Shown: positions 34,793-48,649 of the stretch, one piece after another
Position numbering within the stretch: the first letter of the stretch is position 1
Layout of the letters: every line of letters begins with the position of its first letter
Assembly (NCBI GenBank): GCA_043228905.1
Contig: JBHGNT010000004.1
Span: 6,138,001-6,202,000 of the forward strand
DNA: 64,000 nt
Direction of reading: 5' to 3'
From: Azolla caroliniana
Lineage: Eukaryota > Plantae > Polypodiophyta
The notes under the pieces: model-generated
Told to the model about the DNA's origin: nothing
Databases searched by the model: none
What the model saw: the letters and a program-made list of their open reading frames with translations, nothing else
Program-made: the position numbers and the translations under genes

Positions 34793-37700
34793 TCTGCAAC
34801 ATGTATCACAAGTCCGAACAAAATCCTCGACAAATTGTCGCATACAGGGCCACCAGAATGATCGTTGTACTAAATGTAATGTTTTAGTACTACCAAAATG
34901 CCCAGCTGTATATGTGTCATGACAGTTTTGTACTACTCGAAGGTGGCAAGAACCATTAGGAACATTCAAAAGTTCTTTAAAGAAGAGTAATCCATCATGG
35001 TATTTGAATTTCCGATAGTCCGTACCTGGTGGTTGCGACTGTGAACACGACGCTCGAGAGGGATCAATTTGTGCTAGTATAGCTTGGGCGAACGCATCTG
35101 TCTTCAAGTCTTCACGTATGGTATCGATAACGCGGGAATCCATAGGCATGTCAAAGATTTGTGTTGCTTGTAATCGTGCCGGTCCCAAGATGACTTGTTT
35201 TTGGTTATCGAAAGCTGGCTCGCCGGGACGGGGTGCTAGATACGAACGCCGTGATAATGCATCTGCCTTCCCTTGGTGCCTCCCCGGACGATATGTAATT
35301 TTGAAGTCGAAACGCATGAGGAAGTGGGCCCACCGAGCTTGACGTCGATTCAACACACGAGCATCCTGAAAGTAGGCAAGATTCTTGTGGTCACTAAATA
35401 CGGTGACTGGATGAGAGGATCCCTCCAGCAAATGCCTCCATTGCATAAAAGAATCCACTATTGCCAACAGCTCCTTATCATGGATTTCGTAGTTGATTTC
35501 GGCGGCATCAAACTTGCGTGAGTGAAAAGCCACAGGATGTAGCTTTTCATCATTCCCCTGTTGTGACAGAATGCTCCCCAATGCAAAATCCGATGCGTCA
35601 GCTTCGATAATGAATGGTTTCTCCAGATCGACATGAGCTAGAATTGGAGCCGATGTAAATGCTTTTTTAAGACTCTCGAAAGCCATGTCCGTTTCTTCAG
35701 ACCAGGTGAACGGTTGTCCCTTCCTGGTAAGTTGTGTGAGAGGTAGAACGATCTTTGAGTAATCCTGTATGAACTTCCGGTAAAAATTGGCAAAGCCTAA
35801 GAAGCATTGCACATCCCGTACCGAACGCGGAGTCTGCCATTCTACCACCGTTCTGACCTTAGCTGGGTCCATGGAGATGCCTTCTGACGAAATGATGTAG
35901 CCGAGAAATTCCACTTGGTTGCACCCGAAACTACATTTTTCTAGCTTTGCATACAGACCATGTTCTCGAAGTCGTTTTAGTACTAATAATACATGAGAAT
36001 CATGTTCTTCTTGGGTCTTTGAATAAACCAGTAGATCATCCAAATAGATGATCAAACAATCATCCAATAGATCTCGGAATATATCATTAGCCATGTGCTG
36101 GAAGACTGCCGGCGCATTAGTGAGGCCGAACGGCATGACAGTATACTCGAAGTGCCCATATCTGGTGCGAAACGCGGTCTTCCATTCGTCTCCTGGTCGG
36201 ATCCGTACGAGGTTATATGCTCCCCGTAAGTCGATCTTCGTGAAGAACCTGGCACCATTGATCCGTTCTAAAAGACTTGAGATAAGGGGAAGAGCATACC
36301 TATTCCTGATTGTAACCTTATTCAAGCCACGGTAATCTACAACGAGACGAAGCGATCCATCTTTTTTCTTGACGAAGAAAATGGGCGCACCGGCTGGAGA
36401 TTTCGAATGCCGAATGAAACCATTTTCCAAATTCTCCTCTATATAGGCCCGAAGGACTTCCAGCTCGGTTGGTGACAAATTGTAGATCGGTCCCCATGGC
36501 GGCTCTTTTCCCGGTTGTAAATCGATGGGGCAATCGTACGGTCGATGATGAGGAAGTGTGTTGGCTTGTACTTTATCGAACACATCGGTGTAATGGCGAT
36601 ACTTCTCGGGAAGTTGAACAGTGGATTCTTCTTTAGTGGTGTTGGAGGGGTTTACTGATATTGCAAAGAGGAACATTTCCTCCTTGTGCCCTTCTTTACG
36701 CAACTGACGTAGCGAAATGGTTGCCATCTTCTGAGTTGACCCTTGGGCTTGTCGACACCGGATTTCTCTTGTTCTCCAATCTATGTCAGGGTTATGTAAC
36801 TCGAACCACGGTAGTCCTAAAACTATAGGATGTTCTGGGATACTAATAATATTAAATGATACTACACATACTAAGTTATCTAGGACAATATTAATGGGCT
36901 CTGACTCTTCTAGGATATTTCCGGAAGCAATGGGACGTCCATCAATGACTACTACAGAGGCTGGACACTGGAGTTTTCTTAGGGATATCTTATGAGCTTG
37001 AGCAAATTTCTTATCCATAAAGCAAGAGTTAGCTCCGGAATCTAGGAGTGCTAGGACATGTACTGGAGGGGTACTTTTAGTACTAACTATTACTTGGGCT
37101 ACGAACACATCACTAACTTGCTTAGAGGGAATGGAACCACTAATGGGCTGCACAGATCTAGGGCTGTCCAACCAAACGGCTCCTATTTTGGCTGGACTTA
37201 GTCATTTAACTCTTCTTCTAACTGACTAAGGACATCAAATTTGTTTGCTAGATCTGGGATATTAGTACTATTAGGACTATCAGATATCCCTACTGAAATA
37301 GGTTCGGATTTAGTACAATTAGAACTAGCGACTATTTGGTTTACCTGTCTTCTTGGCCTATGGGGGCAATTTATTGCGATATGTCCTGGTCCACCGCAGT
37401 AAAGACATAGTCGATTTGTACGGCGTCGCTGCTTTTCTTCTTCGGATAATGGCCCTCGACGACGTGTAGTGTCAATCTCCATCGGAGTCGGAGTATTCGC
37501 TGGAGACGCATTATATGACTCCCTCGGAAAAGGTCTTGCTACCACTGAGGCGTAGGTGGGCTCTGATCTTGCCCTCGGCATCTGTAGCTATCGTTCCGAA
37601 CGTCGCTCAAAGAGGCGGTTGTCACATCTCACCGCGCGACTGATTGCTTCTGTTAAGGACTTTGGCTCTTCGGGGAAGGTCAAGAGTAAATCCTTGACGT

Positions 37701-38526
37701 CGTTGCGTAAACCATAACGGAATTGCTCCATCAACGCTTGATCATCCCAAGGGATATCGGCGGCGAGTAGGCGAAAATCTGCAGCGTATGCGGAGGCTGG
37801 ACGGTCACCTTGGCGTAATCGCCGGATTTTGTTGATTGCGGTCCTGATGCTGTCAGTATCTCCGAAACATGCTTTAAACTCACCTAGAAACTCTTCAAAA
37901 TTGTTGAGTAACGGAGATTCCTTTTCTAATAGTGGAGCAAACCATGACAACGCTGAGCCACTTAACAAAGTGCCTACTAAACCCACTCGTGATGCATCGG
38001 TGGGATATCGGGAAGGATGCATTTGAATAACTAATCGTACCTGGTTAAGGAACCCTCTAAACTGCGATCGCGTTCCATCGAACTTCGTGGGAAGGCCAAT
38101 CTTAGGTTCTTTATGAATCCCTTGTGTTCCGGGCCCATGTTGTTGCATCTCTACGATGGTGGCTTCGAGTTGTTGCACGCGTAACGCAAGTTCCCCATGT
38201 TGTTGTTGCGTTTGCTGCTTTTCTAAGGAGATTTGCTGAAGATCCCCCAGCAACCGTTGGTTTTCTTGTTCCAAAGCATGGAACTTCTCCTTCAAGCATT
38301 GGAATTCCGAGAAAACAGATTGATATTCTTCAGCGCTAACAGTGGCCATGGGATGAAAGAAAAGAGGAATAAAAGATTAGTAGGAAATGAGAGAGACAGA
38401 AGGTAGGAAAATTGGTTCAAACTGTCATGAACAGTACTGAGACAGAGAAGGAATTAGTACTAAACGAAGGATTAGTACTATGAGAGGTGTGGAACTTCTT
38501 CGAGAGAAGGAAGAAGTGAGCGAGAC

Positions 38527-38569
<43 letters not shown>

Positions 38570-38864
38570 TGATAAGAAAGATATTTATTATATGAAGAGA
38601 ATATACAACGGTGGCTAAAAGGCTTAAGACTGGCGTTGAACCAATTTGGTTCAACATAATGCCTAGTGCCCTCTTTTATAGTGTTTTCAGGAGTAATCCT
38701 GAAGCTTCTAGAATGTTCCAGAGAAATCTGGAATATACACTAATTTCCTATAATAAAATGTAAATGAAAATAATATCCTACGTATTACAATAGATGGTCT
38801 AATGGTCAAGAGCTCGACCCATATAACCTAAGGTCATGGGTTCGAGTCTTGCCATATCATGACA
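34793..38864 (-). mobile_element. Chromovirus copy 2, 3'-truncated in integrase; gag has a nonsense codon
   Basis: 5' LTR 38423-38864; pol 34787-37171; CAG>TAG at 37590. Confidence 0.93.
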
Positions 38865-39784
38865 GATACAACGCGTTCTTGAATCGTCCGAGTCATGCGT
38901 TCTGCGATTCCGTTCTGCTCCGGACTATATGGTGCCGTATATTCATGTCTAATGCCGCGTTCTCGCAAAATTTGACGAATTCATCAGATTTGAACTCACC
39001 TCCATTGTCGGTTCGGAGACACTTCAGTTTCCGACCGGTCTGGTTTTCAACCATTGCGAGCCAATCTGAGAAGATCGAGAACACCCGATCTTTGGTTCTG
39101 ATGGGGTAAGCCCACACCTTCCGAGTCGAGTCGTCAATGAAACTGACGAAGTACGAGGCACCACCGAGTGACTGATGTGGCATCGGGCCACAGACGTCCG
39201 AGTGGACCAAATCGAGCGGGCTCGACTCTCTTGGTTCTGATGTCGGGTGTGATGCAGCTACCTGTTTGCCGTACTGTGCAATGCTCGCAAAACTGATGGT
39301 CCGAGAAGGAGAGTTTCGGGATGTATCCGGCTCTGGATAGGTGCGTGATGCCGGCCTTGCTGAGGTGTCCGAGTCGTCCATGCCATAAGGATGACACAGG
39401 GATATCTACCAGAAATAAGTTACCCTCTCTGAGTGTGACATACAAAGGGTACAATGAGTGTACCTTTGGTCCTCTAGCAAGCAGGAGGTTCCCTCTGTGG
39501 AGTGTCCACCCTCCTGATGAGAAACCAACACGGATGCTAGCTTTATCAAGTTGTCCGACTGAGATCAAGGGTCGTGAGAGCTCAGGAACGTGTCGAACGT
39601 TGTGTAGTACGAGTGTAGAGCCACCCGGAAGGTTGAGCTCTACGGTGCCGATTCCGATGATAGCACAGTGCTGCGAATTTCCGACCCGAACTGAGTCGGA
39701 GTGCCGGTCTGAATATTGCCGAAACTATGATCGGTGAGGTGTCACGTGATACAACGCGCCCGAGTCCAGAAGCCATGTGCTCGA

Positions 39785-42700
39785 TGTTATTCTCTGACCG
39801 GACAAGGCCTAACACAAGGTGTCACGGAGACACTTCACAAGGGGTGATTACGGCATAGGATTAAGATTCAACGATTACACCGACTTACGTAGGTTACACG
39901 ATTAGAGTGCTTTGGTTAATTACACGCGTAAGATATAACAGTAATTACAGAACGGAAATCAACACAGAAGTATAAACACCATATGCTCTATTAATTATCC
40001 GCTGCGATTACAATGGGGTCCGAGCCTTTAAATAGGTTTCCGGCCCGTAGTACAAAACGGTGCCTATCGCACCTATTCGGGATCCGTCCGGATCTGGAAC
40101 GGCATACCGTTTCCAGTCCGTCCGTCCACACTATGCTTATTTACAACCATACTTAATTAATTCCTTCACTCCGTATTTTGGACTCCTTGCCGGCCGGTAA
40201 CACATGGCACGCCCGTGGGACAGTACCTTGTACGTCGAACCCTTCTCGGCCCCTTCATTGTTCACCCAAATTGTCCAAAATACTTTGTTCCAGAATTTCC
40301 ACTTGTTCTTCCGGTTGTGGTTGTTGCGGCTGTGCTTGTTGCTGCTGCTGTGGTTGCGGTTGGGACTGAGGCTGCTCCGGCTGCTCTATAGGCGGCTGCT
40401 CCGTTCGTTTCTCTGACTCCGGCATCTCCGTTTGACTGCTTCCGGTCCGGTCTCCTTCCAGTAACGGTTCCTCATCACCGAGGTTGACCGTAACCGGTTC
40501 TCGTGCTTTCTCTTCTCGGATCCGGGACCTCTCGTAGCTTTCAAACTGGATCTGCGCCTCCAGCCTGTCGTCGTCCAGCTGAGCTACAAGTTGCCGGACT
40601 TGCCCTAGTTGGTCCTCTGCCAAGGCTTGAAAGTCTTCGGCCAGCTCATCTCTTATGCCGGTGAAGTCTTCGGAAGTCAGCATATAGCAATCATCTCCCT
40701 CCTTCCGCCGGTTCTCTACGTCGGCCCGGAGCAATTGGAGTTCCGCCGCGTTCGTGGCCCACTTGGTCCACCATTTGACGGAACCGTTGTCAATCAAGCT
40801 CTTGGTCTGGTTCAACCAGGCCCGCATGATATCCTGGATGCGACTTGCTCCCATTTGCGCTCTACTTTCCACAACTTGTCGTTCCTCCTTCAACTGCTTG
40901 ATGAGATTCGCCGTATCCTCCGCCTGCTCTCTGTAGCGCGTCAGCTGCCCTTGATATGTTGTCTGCAGCCTCTGCAGTACCTCCGCCGCTCTTTCTTTTT
41001 CCGCCTGCTGTTGCCTGAGGAGCTCTGTCCGAACCTTCTCCGCCTCTTCCAACCGTCTTCTGGTTTCCGCTTGTTCATTAGCGTATGCCGTTGCGGTCCG
41101 ATCAACTGCTTGCCGGAGCTCATCCGTCCGTTCCTTGTGCTCCGTTTGCAACCGTTTATACTCCCGGTGCAAGTGCTCAAATTCCTCCGTTTTTTGTTTG
41201 AGCTTGCCGTTGATCTGGCGATGGTTCCGGTCCTCCCGGTCCTTTAGCTGCCGGAGTTCCTCTTTCAGGCGCTCTATTTTTGTTTCGGCGTTTCTCCGGA
41301 GCCTGTCCTTCTCTTGCAGCATTTTCTCCTTTTCCTCCTTGAGCCGGTCGTACGCTTGGTGGCCTTTTCGTAAACTCTCCTCAGCCCGGCGTAGATTCTC
41401 AGCAGTCTTTTTGAGTTCTGCCTCCGCTGCCGTCTTCAACTCTCTTTCGCGGCTCCTCAGCGCTTCTTGGGCAGCTAGCTCATCCTTTAAGTCCGCAAGC
41501 TCTTGGGCTTGTGCCGCATTTCTCTCCGGAACGGTTTCCGTTGCCGGGGTCTGATTGCTATGTACAGGTTGATCTGACGCTTTATTCTGTACATTGCCCG
41601 GAGTCACCGGTGCTTGGACTTGTGTTGTCAAAGCCAATTGAGCCATTTCCCTTGTGACCCTGTCCAAGTCTTGTTCAAGGCTCCGGATTCTGGACCGGGC
41701 CGTCTCTAGATCTACGGTTGTGACGAGCAACCGTTCGTGGTGCGCTCTCTCCTCCGCCTCTATGTACTCGACCGCTCCGGCGATCTGCTCGCCTACCCAC
41801 CGTAGCCACATGCTACTGGTGCCTTGCTGCTGTACTGGTCGGGTCGGCTCGTTCACTGTGGAATTGTCTGGCCTGAGTGCCTGTATCTGCCGTTCTGGTT
41901 CTACTTCTTGGCCGCCGTGTGTGCTGGCTGGGCTCGCCGGCTGTTGAGTTCCGGTTCTCGCCGTCTCCGGAGCCGTTGGAATGACTTCTTCTATAGAAGT
42001 CGTCAAGGCCGGTTCTATACGCACCGGTTCCGGTTCCTCCCTTGTGATTTGCTCAGGTTGAGTTTGGGGCGTTTCCTCCTTTTGCGGGTTCGAACACTCC
42101 CCCGCTGTCCCGGCGGTCCTACTTCTTGACCGTCGTTGGAGGTGCTCTTCTGGCTCCTCCGTTTCCTCTTCCTGGGTAACGGCATGTTTCTGTGCCGTCA
42201 AGGGTTCCGGTTCCTTCTGTCCCGGTCGCCGTATGGTTATCTTAACGGGTCCCACCGGTGACACCTCCTCCGGTTCTGGGAGCCGTTTCTTCCCTTTCGT
42301 CGCCTTCGACGCCAGCAGCTGCTGTCGTTTGGACGCGAGTTTACTGTAACCGAAGAGATTCCTCCGCGACTCTCCGGATCTTGTTGGAGAACGAACGATC
42401 CGAGCGAATTTCGTGCGCTGCTTGCTGGAAAGTCTCACGCCGTCTTTGCCGTTCGGCGAGGCGTCGAGCTCGGTCTGTAACCAGGTCGTGCGTTGGTCTC
42501 GTCATCCATTAAGCCGTCGTTCGCTGCGAGAAAGCAGGAATCGTGGTCGCCAAAACTGTGTTATTCTCTGACCGGACAAGGCCTAACACAAGGTGTCACG
42601 GAGACACTTCACCAAAGGGTGATTACGGCATAGGATTAAGATTCAACGATTACACCGACTTACGTAGGTTACACGATTAGAGTGCTTTGGTTAATTACAC

Positions 42701-42977
42701 GCGTAAGATATAACAGTAATTACAAAACGGAAATCAACACAGAAGTATAAACACCATATGCTCTATTAATTATCCGCTGCGATTACAATGGGGTCCGGGC
42801 CTTTAAATAGGTTTCCGGCCCGTAGTACAAAACGGTGCCTATCGCACCTATTCGGGATCCGTCCGGATCTGGAACGGCATACCGTTTCCAGTCCGTCCGT
42901 CCACACTATGCTTATTTACAACCATACTTAATTAATTCCTTCACTCCGTATTTTGGACTCCTTGCCGGCCGGTAACA
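39785..42977. mobile_element. Element X copy 2
   Basis: Same LTRs and TSD CTCGA. Confidence 0.93.
40255..42438 (-). CDS. Element X coiled-coil ORF, copy 2
   Basis: 727 codons; 2 aa changes versus copy 1 (D>N, P>Q). Confidence 0.7.
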   Translation of the reverse strand: MRLSSKQRTKFARIVRSPTRSGESRRNLFGYSKLASKRQQLLASKATKGKKRLPEPEEVSPVGPVKITIRRPGQKEPEPLTAQKHAVTQEEETEEPEEHLQRRSRSRTAGTAGECSNPQKEETPQTQPEQITREEPEPVRIEPALTTSIEEVIPTAPETARTGTQQPASPASTHGGQEVEPERQIQALRPDNSTVNEPTRPVQQQGTSSMWLRWVGEQIAGAVEYIEAEERAHHERLLVTTVDLETARSRIRSLEQDLDRVTREMAQLALTTQVQAPVTPGNVQNKASDQPVHSNQTPATETVPERNAAQAQELADLKDELAAQEALRSRERELKTAAEAELKKTAENLRRAEESLRKGHQAYDRLKEEKEKMLQEKDRLRRNAETKIERLKEELRQLKDREDRNHRQINGKLKQKTEEFEHLHREYKRLQTEHKERTDELRQAVDRTATAYANEQAETRRRLEEAEKVRTELLRQQQAEKERAAEVLQRLQTTYQGQLTRYREQAEDTANLIKQLKEERQVVESRAQMGASRIQDIMRAWLNQTKSLIDNGSVKWWTKWATNAAELQLLRADVENRRKEGDDCYMLTSEDFTGIRDELAEDFQALAEDQLGQVRQLVAQLDDDRLEAQIQFESYERSRIREEKAREPVTVNLGDEEPLLEGDRTGSSQTEMPESEKRTEQPPIEQPEQPQSQPQPQQQQQAQPQQPQPEEQVEILEQSILDNLGEQ

Positions 42978-44708
42978 CTCGATTCCTTAGTCGTATGCAG
43001 AACTTCTGATTCGACTAGATTCTCTATGGACAATATGTTCGGGTCGGTCGTCAATATCTCGACTGAAGAGCCAACGTAGTTGACTTCCTCATGTCGGTTA
43101 CTCCTCTGATCAACTCTCTGAGCTTTGTTTGTCCTTGACTTGAGTACCCGATAGTCGGCCTTGATGTGTCCCGGTTTCTTGCAGTAGTTGCAGATTCGGG
43201 TTTCCCGGGACTTGCTGCGCCTTCGCTGATTTGTCGGCGGTCGGGAAGAGCTTCTTCCCCGGTTGTTCGATCGGTCGGTCGAACCTTGTACTACATAGGC
43301 TTCTTCTGCCGAGTCTTTGGTGAAAGACTTTCTCCGAGCTGCTTCAGTCAAGATTGCACTTGTGACTTCGGAGTACTTGATGGCAGTCGTAGAAGCGTTG
43401 CACACAGTTGTAACGAAGGTTTCCCAAGAGGAGGGGAGACTGCTCATGAGTATGATTGCTCTGAGTTCATCCTCGATTGTCGTCCCCTGTGACGAGATTT
43501 GGGAGCTCAAACTTTCGTACTCGTTAAGGTGTGCCTGAACCGAATCGGAGTCTTTCATCCGCAAGTTGTAGAGGTGTCAGATCAAATACATCTTCGTTGA
43601 GGTGACCTTCTTTTCGTAGGTTTCCGACAACTTCTTCCAAAGTTCGAAGGCTGTCGTGCACGATTGCACTGTGAAGTACACTGACTCCGACAGGTGCATT
43701 TGAATCGTGGCGCGGACGATTCTGTCCAGCTTCTGCCACTCATTTGCCTTGTATATTTCTGGAGCAGTTTCATTATCAATCGGATCGATCTGACCCTTGA
43801 CTATAAGATAGTCCTGCATTTGCTCCTTCCAAAAATTGAAGTTCGAACTGTCGAACCTCCTTAGACTCATTTCTGGTGAGCCGGATGTTGATGCCATCAG
43901 ATTTGGTTTCGGTTGACGAAGCTCGGTTCGGAGTTGACTACGAACTTTGTTGGAGTGCAGCTGGTCGGCTCACCCGATATTGTTCTAGTCGGATTTGAAC
44001 CCGAGTCGGTTCGGTTTTGGATATATGTATTGTTGAACTTGCTTGAATTGACTCCGGTAACTTGAGGGACATAACCGACTGGTCTCCCCGAATGTTGCCG
44101 AGTCGGAGTGAGCCCGGTTCGCTTCCGGATATATATGCCAAATACCGATTATTGAAGCCGATTGTCTGGACCGATTCTGCTTCGGGTGACTGCAGTGACG
44201 AGAGAGACGGATCCAATTGATCCTCCCGAATGTCGATTAGTCGGATGAAGCACGAATTGGGGTTGTTGTCTTGAGACCGATCTGCACCGAGTGGTTACAA
44301 CGGGCGGCGAGCAACATTCGATGACCTGTTCGGATGCCGTTTAACCGAGTGGGGCACGATCGTGTCAATGTTGCACAAGGGGATTTCACCTCGAGCGGTT
44401 ACGATCACGAGGAACAGAGTACAGCCGGTTGGATTGCTCCAAGCGAAGATGATCTAACGCGATGAGATGCAAGCCTCGTTTTTCTTCTTCTTCTCTCTTC
44501 TCTGTTTCTTCAAATACAAAACAGAAAAAAGAAGGAATGTTGTGATCCAAAGATTCGAATGGCGGCCGGCAGCGGGATGAAGGACATCCAAGCTCTGATA
44601 CCAAATGTAGGGAATGAACAAGGCCGTCAGTGCGGAAGAGATCACACAGTATGATACTGTGAGGAAGAAAATACCTGCGTATGAGAAAGGCAAGAACAAA
44701 ATACGTAC

Positions 44709-44747
<39 letters not shown>

Positions 44748-46945
44748 CACAAAGAATATATATCTATATTCACAAAAGGGCAACAACTCTATCAATGAAC
44801 ATCCAACCTTTACAAAAGGTTGCAAAGTCACTATATATAGTGACTCACTTAGGGCAACTGCCCTTTAAGTTATTTACAGAAATAGCCCGAACTTGGGCTC
44901 TCTAAGAGGATACTGTGAATACGTCCATTATACATTTGTATTCGACAGCTAGGATCGTAGGCCTCTAATGGCCTACTGGCTCTCCAAACTCACTCTCGAT
45001 CCGATATGGGCCTACCCGATCGGTCTTCACCCGATCCAGCTGTCGGCTTGTTCAACCGATCTGGCCCATGTTGAGCTTGCTTCTCAACACTCCCCCTCAA
45101 GCTCAACTTGAGGTTGCTTCTGCTCTGCCAATTTCTTGCCTCGGCTTCTCTTGGCGTCTTCACGCCTTGCTCGCGCTCCGTGTCGGGTCTGGTCTCGCGT
45201 TCCATGACCCCACCGGTCCTGTGCTTCTTGACCCATCCAACTCCGCCCATCTCGACCCCTACGGTCAGCTTGTCTACTCATCATGCAAATCTCAGCTCCT
45301 TCAATGTTGTGACATTGGCACTTCTCAACCCGTCGGTTCCTTTGTGTCGGCACTGGGCCTACCTGATCGTTCTTCACCTGATCTAGTTGTCAGCTTGTTC
45401 AGCCGATCCGGCCCATGTTGAGCTTGCCTCTCAACACTCCCCCTCAAGCTCAACTTGAGGTTGCTTCTGCTCTGCTGGTTTCTTGCCTCGGCTTCTCTTG
45501 GCGTCTTCACGCCTTGCTCACGCTCCTTGTCAGGTCCGGTCTCACGTTCCACGACCCCACTGGTCCTGTGCTTCTTGACCCATCCGACTCCGCCCATCTC
45601 GACCGCTACGATCAACTTGTCTATTCATCATGCATATCTCAGGTCCTTTGCTATTGTGACATTGGCACTTGTCAACCCGTCGGTTCCTCCGTGTCAGCAT
45701 CAACTTCTGTTGCCTTCCTGTCCACTTGGCCTTCACTTGATTTGGCTCGTCAGAATCGAACCACTCGATCAAATCGACTGTCTCTGATTCGCCATCCATC
45801 TTCAATACCTTGACCACATCCGACCATGTCTTGATCCTAGTCTTTTTCTTCAAGTCGGCTTTGTCCTTCTTGAATTTGTCGCCTTTCCTGTTTGTTTCGA
45901 ATCTATCAGATGCATCGACTTCTTCAATTGATTCAACATCTTGTTCTTTTTCGGCTTTCTCCTATTGCACTCCCCTTTTTTCTTTATCTGTTCTCCCCCT
46001 CAAGTGTGGCACGTCGAGATATTGTAACCCAAGCATCTTCGAAAATTGTTGCAACTTGTCCGATACGAGCACTTTATTGAAGATGTCGGCCACCTGTTGA
46101 TCGGTTCGAACATACCGGATATCAACCTCACCGCTTATGACCCGCTCGCGCACAAAGTGATAATGTACCTCTATGTGCTTTGTGCGAGCATGGAACACGG
46201 GGTTCTTGGCCAACTGCATGCTACTGATGTTGTCATAGTAGATCAGGATCAGAGTGGGAACTTCGATCCGTAAGTCTTGCAGCAGTCGTCGGGGCCATAT
46301 AGCTTCACAGGTCGTGACGGTGCCTCCTCGATATTCAGCCTTAGTGCTTGATAGGGCCACTGTCGGCTACTTCTAGCTGCTCCAAGCTATAAGTTGCGCT
46401 TCCAAGAGTGAATATGAAACTTGATGTCGATCGGCGATTCGACGCATCTTTGGCCTAGTCGGCATCCGTATAGCCGACTAATTGTTCTGCTATACTGTGT
46501 CGGTATAGTAGTTCTCGATCCTTCGTGCCACTCATATATCTCAGTAGTCAATGCACTTACTGAAGGTGCTCGATGGTCGGTCGCTGCATGAATTGAGTAA
46601 TCACCCCGACCGGATAACTAAGGTTAGGCCGGGTGATGGTTAAGTATATAAGCCTTCTGACAATTTGTGGATGTGGATCACTTTGATCACTTTCATCCCG
46701 AAGAAGTAGTGAAGGTGCCCCTTCATCTCAAATGCGTCTGACAACTAAGACTTTACTCGGCCGATTTCAACGAGGTCGGGTCTGGTGACAACCAAGTCGT
46801 CGACATATAGTAGAATGCAAACTAGACCCTTCAGACCTTTCCAAATGAACGAGGAAGTGTCGGATTTGGAGACCGCAAACCTCATCTTACGCAATCGATG
46901 CGTGATCTTCGAGTTCCAAGCACAGGGGGGCTTGCTTCAAGCCGT

Positions 46946-47876
46946 TGTCGTGGGGAATTCCGTCTACACAAAGAAAATTCGTCGGATGCACGTGAATGGG
47001 GGTGTGTGTGAGTGCACACAAAATTTGTCTTTATGAACAAAGGTGTATAAATATCTAGGACTAAGAAGTACTAGGTAGTGAGACTCAGATGGGTACTTTA
47101 ATGTCCCATGGAAGTAAGGAATAAAATATATGATGTGAGAGAGAATCAAGGGGGAAAAGCTGGCAGAAACGGTTGTCATTAATCGTGATGTAACGATGTA
47201 ACGACCTCCCCTTGTTCTATAAAAGGGGAGGCTCTGCACTGTGTTAGGGATTCACGTTTTGGAGAATGAAGTGTTGCCGGACCGAGCTTTGCAGATTTTT
47301 GTTTTCTCTCATTCTCTATTTCAGTTTCTGGTTGTGCTGTGAGGCCTCCGTTTTGCATTGGTAGCCCGTGTGCTCCCAATCGGAGGCTCACCAACGTCAG
47401 TGTGTGTGAGTGTGAGGAGTTAGTAGCATTGTTGTTGGCCAAGTCTAGTTGTAACTCTTTCCCCATTGATTAATATATTATTTTGTTATCTTCATATTTT
47501 ATGTCGTCTTCATTTTTGTAGTGTTCTTGTCACCTTCCCTTCTTGCTTGTGTGCGCATGCCCAAGTGTGTGAGCTCGTGAGCTCATTATTCGTTGTCTAG
47601 CGCTGCTCCAGAACCAATAAAGCATGTTGCCCCGTGCACGCACCATAAGGCAACCAGAGACCGGTCTGGTCCGGATACTTGTCCGGACTGCGCTTTGGCG
47701 AACTTATCTAGGAACTGAACCGGGTAATCCCTTTTCCTTACCAGCTCCGGAGCTGTGCTCTAGAGACAATCAACCAGACACTGATCCGGATAATCCTTCT
47801 TCCGTTACTGGCAGCTCGGTCTGAGACCCTGATGGTCCCACCCCGTTCCAACACATCCACGCAGAAATCCATGACA
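46946..47876 (+). mobile_element. Solo LTR 1, copy 2
   Basis: Offset +19763 from 27183-28113. Confidence 0.8.
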
Positions 47877-48649
47877 CTGTAAAGCGACTTCTTCAGTTGA
47901 CATACTACCGACATGTTCACCTCCGACTAAAATCTGGGTGGTTGGACTATGTATACTTGTTCTTCAAGATCTCCTTGAAGAAACTCATTCTTCACGTTGT
48001 CGTGAAGATTTCTGGCAATGGTAAGAAAATTGGGTACGACGAATAAAACAAGGATGTGCAACGACTTGCACATGCACAGGAGAAAATGTGTATAAGAATA
48101 AGAAAGAGGGAAAATTAAATGGGAAGGGGCACCTCTCCCCTTGGGCTATAGAAGGGGAAGGGTGCTCAAAAGAGAAGGGTCACCCCATTTTGGTGAGGGG
48201 GAGGTGCACCATGTAGATCTAGGGTTTCTCTTTCTTCCCCTTCTTTAGGGTTTGGTAGTTTTGTTGTTCTTCTTACTTTCGGGGTTCTTCTTTGAGTGAA
48301 GGTTTAGGGTTTCTTTTGGTTCTCCTCTCTCTTCTTGGTTAGGCTTTCAGTTGTTCTAGGTTTCTTCTTCTCCCTATTTCGGTTTTAGGGTTTTGGGTTT
48401 CTTCTTCCTTGTCATCTTGAAGAGTAGATTTAGGGTTTCTTCTTGTGGGTTTTGGGTTCTTCATTTTCGTGTGAGTTAGGGAGGGTCATGGTAGGGTTTC
48501 AGGCGTTACTCTCTTCTTCTTATTTGTGTGAGAGTTTGGTTTGTTTTGGGGTTTCTACAATGGCGGCTCTTTCGGTATTCCGGTGGCAGCCTTCTCAGTG
48601 GTTTGGGCGTCCTCTCCTCAACGGAGAGCATTTGGTGCGGTGGAGATTT

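Larger units (their letters stand above)
38865..44947 (-). mobile_element. Copia B 5' half, copy 2
   Basis: 5' LTR 44606-44947, PBS, gag, PR, INT fragment. Confidence 0.9.
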
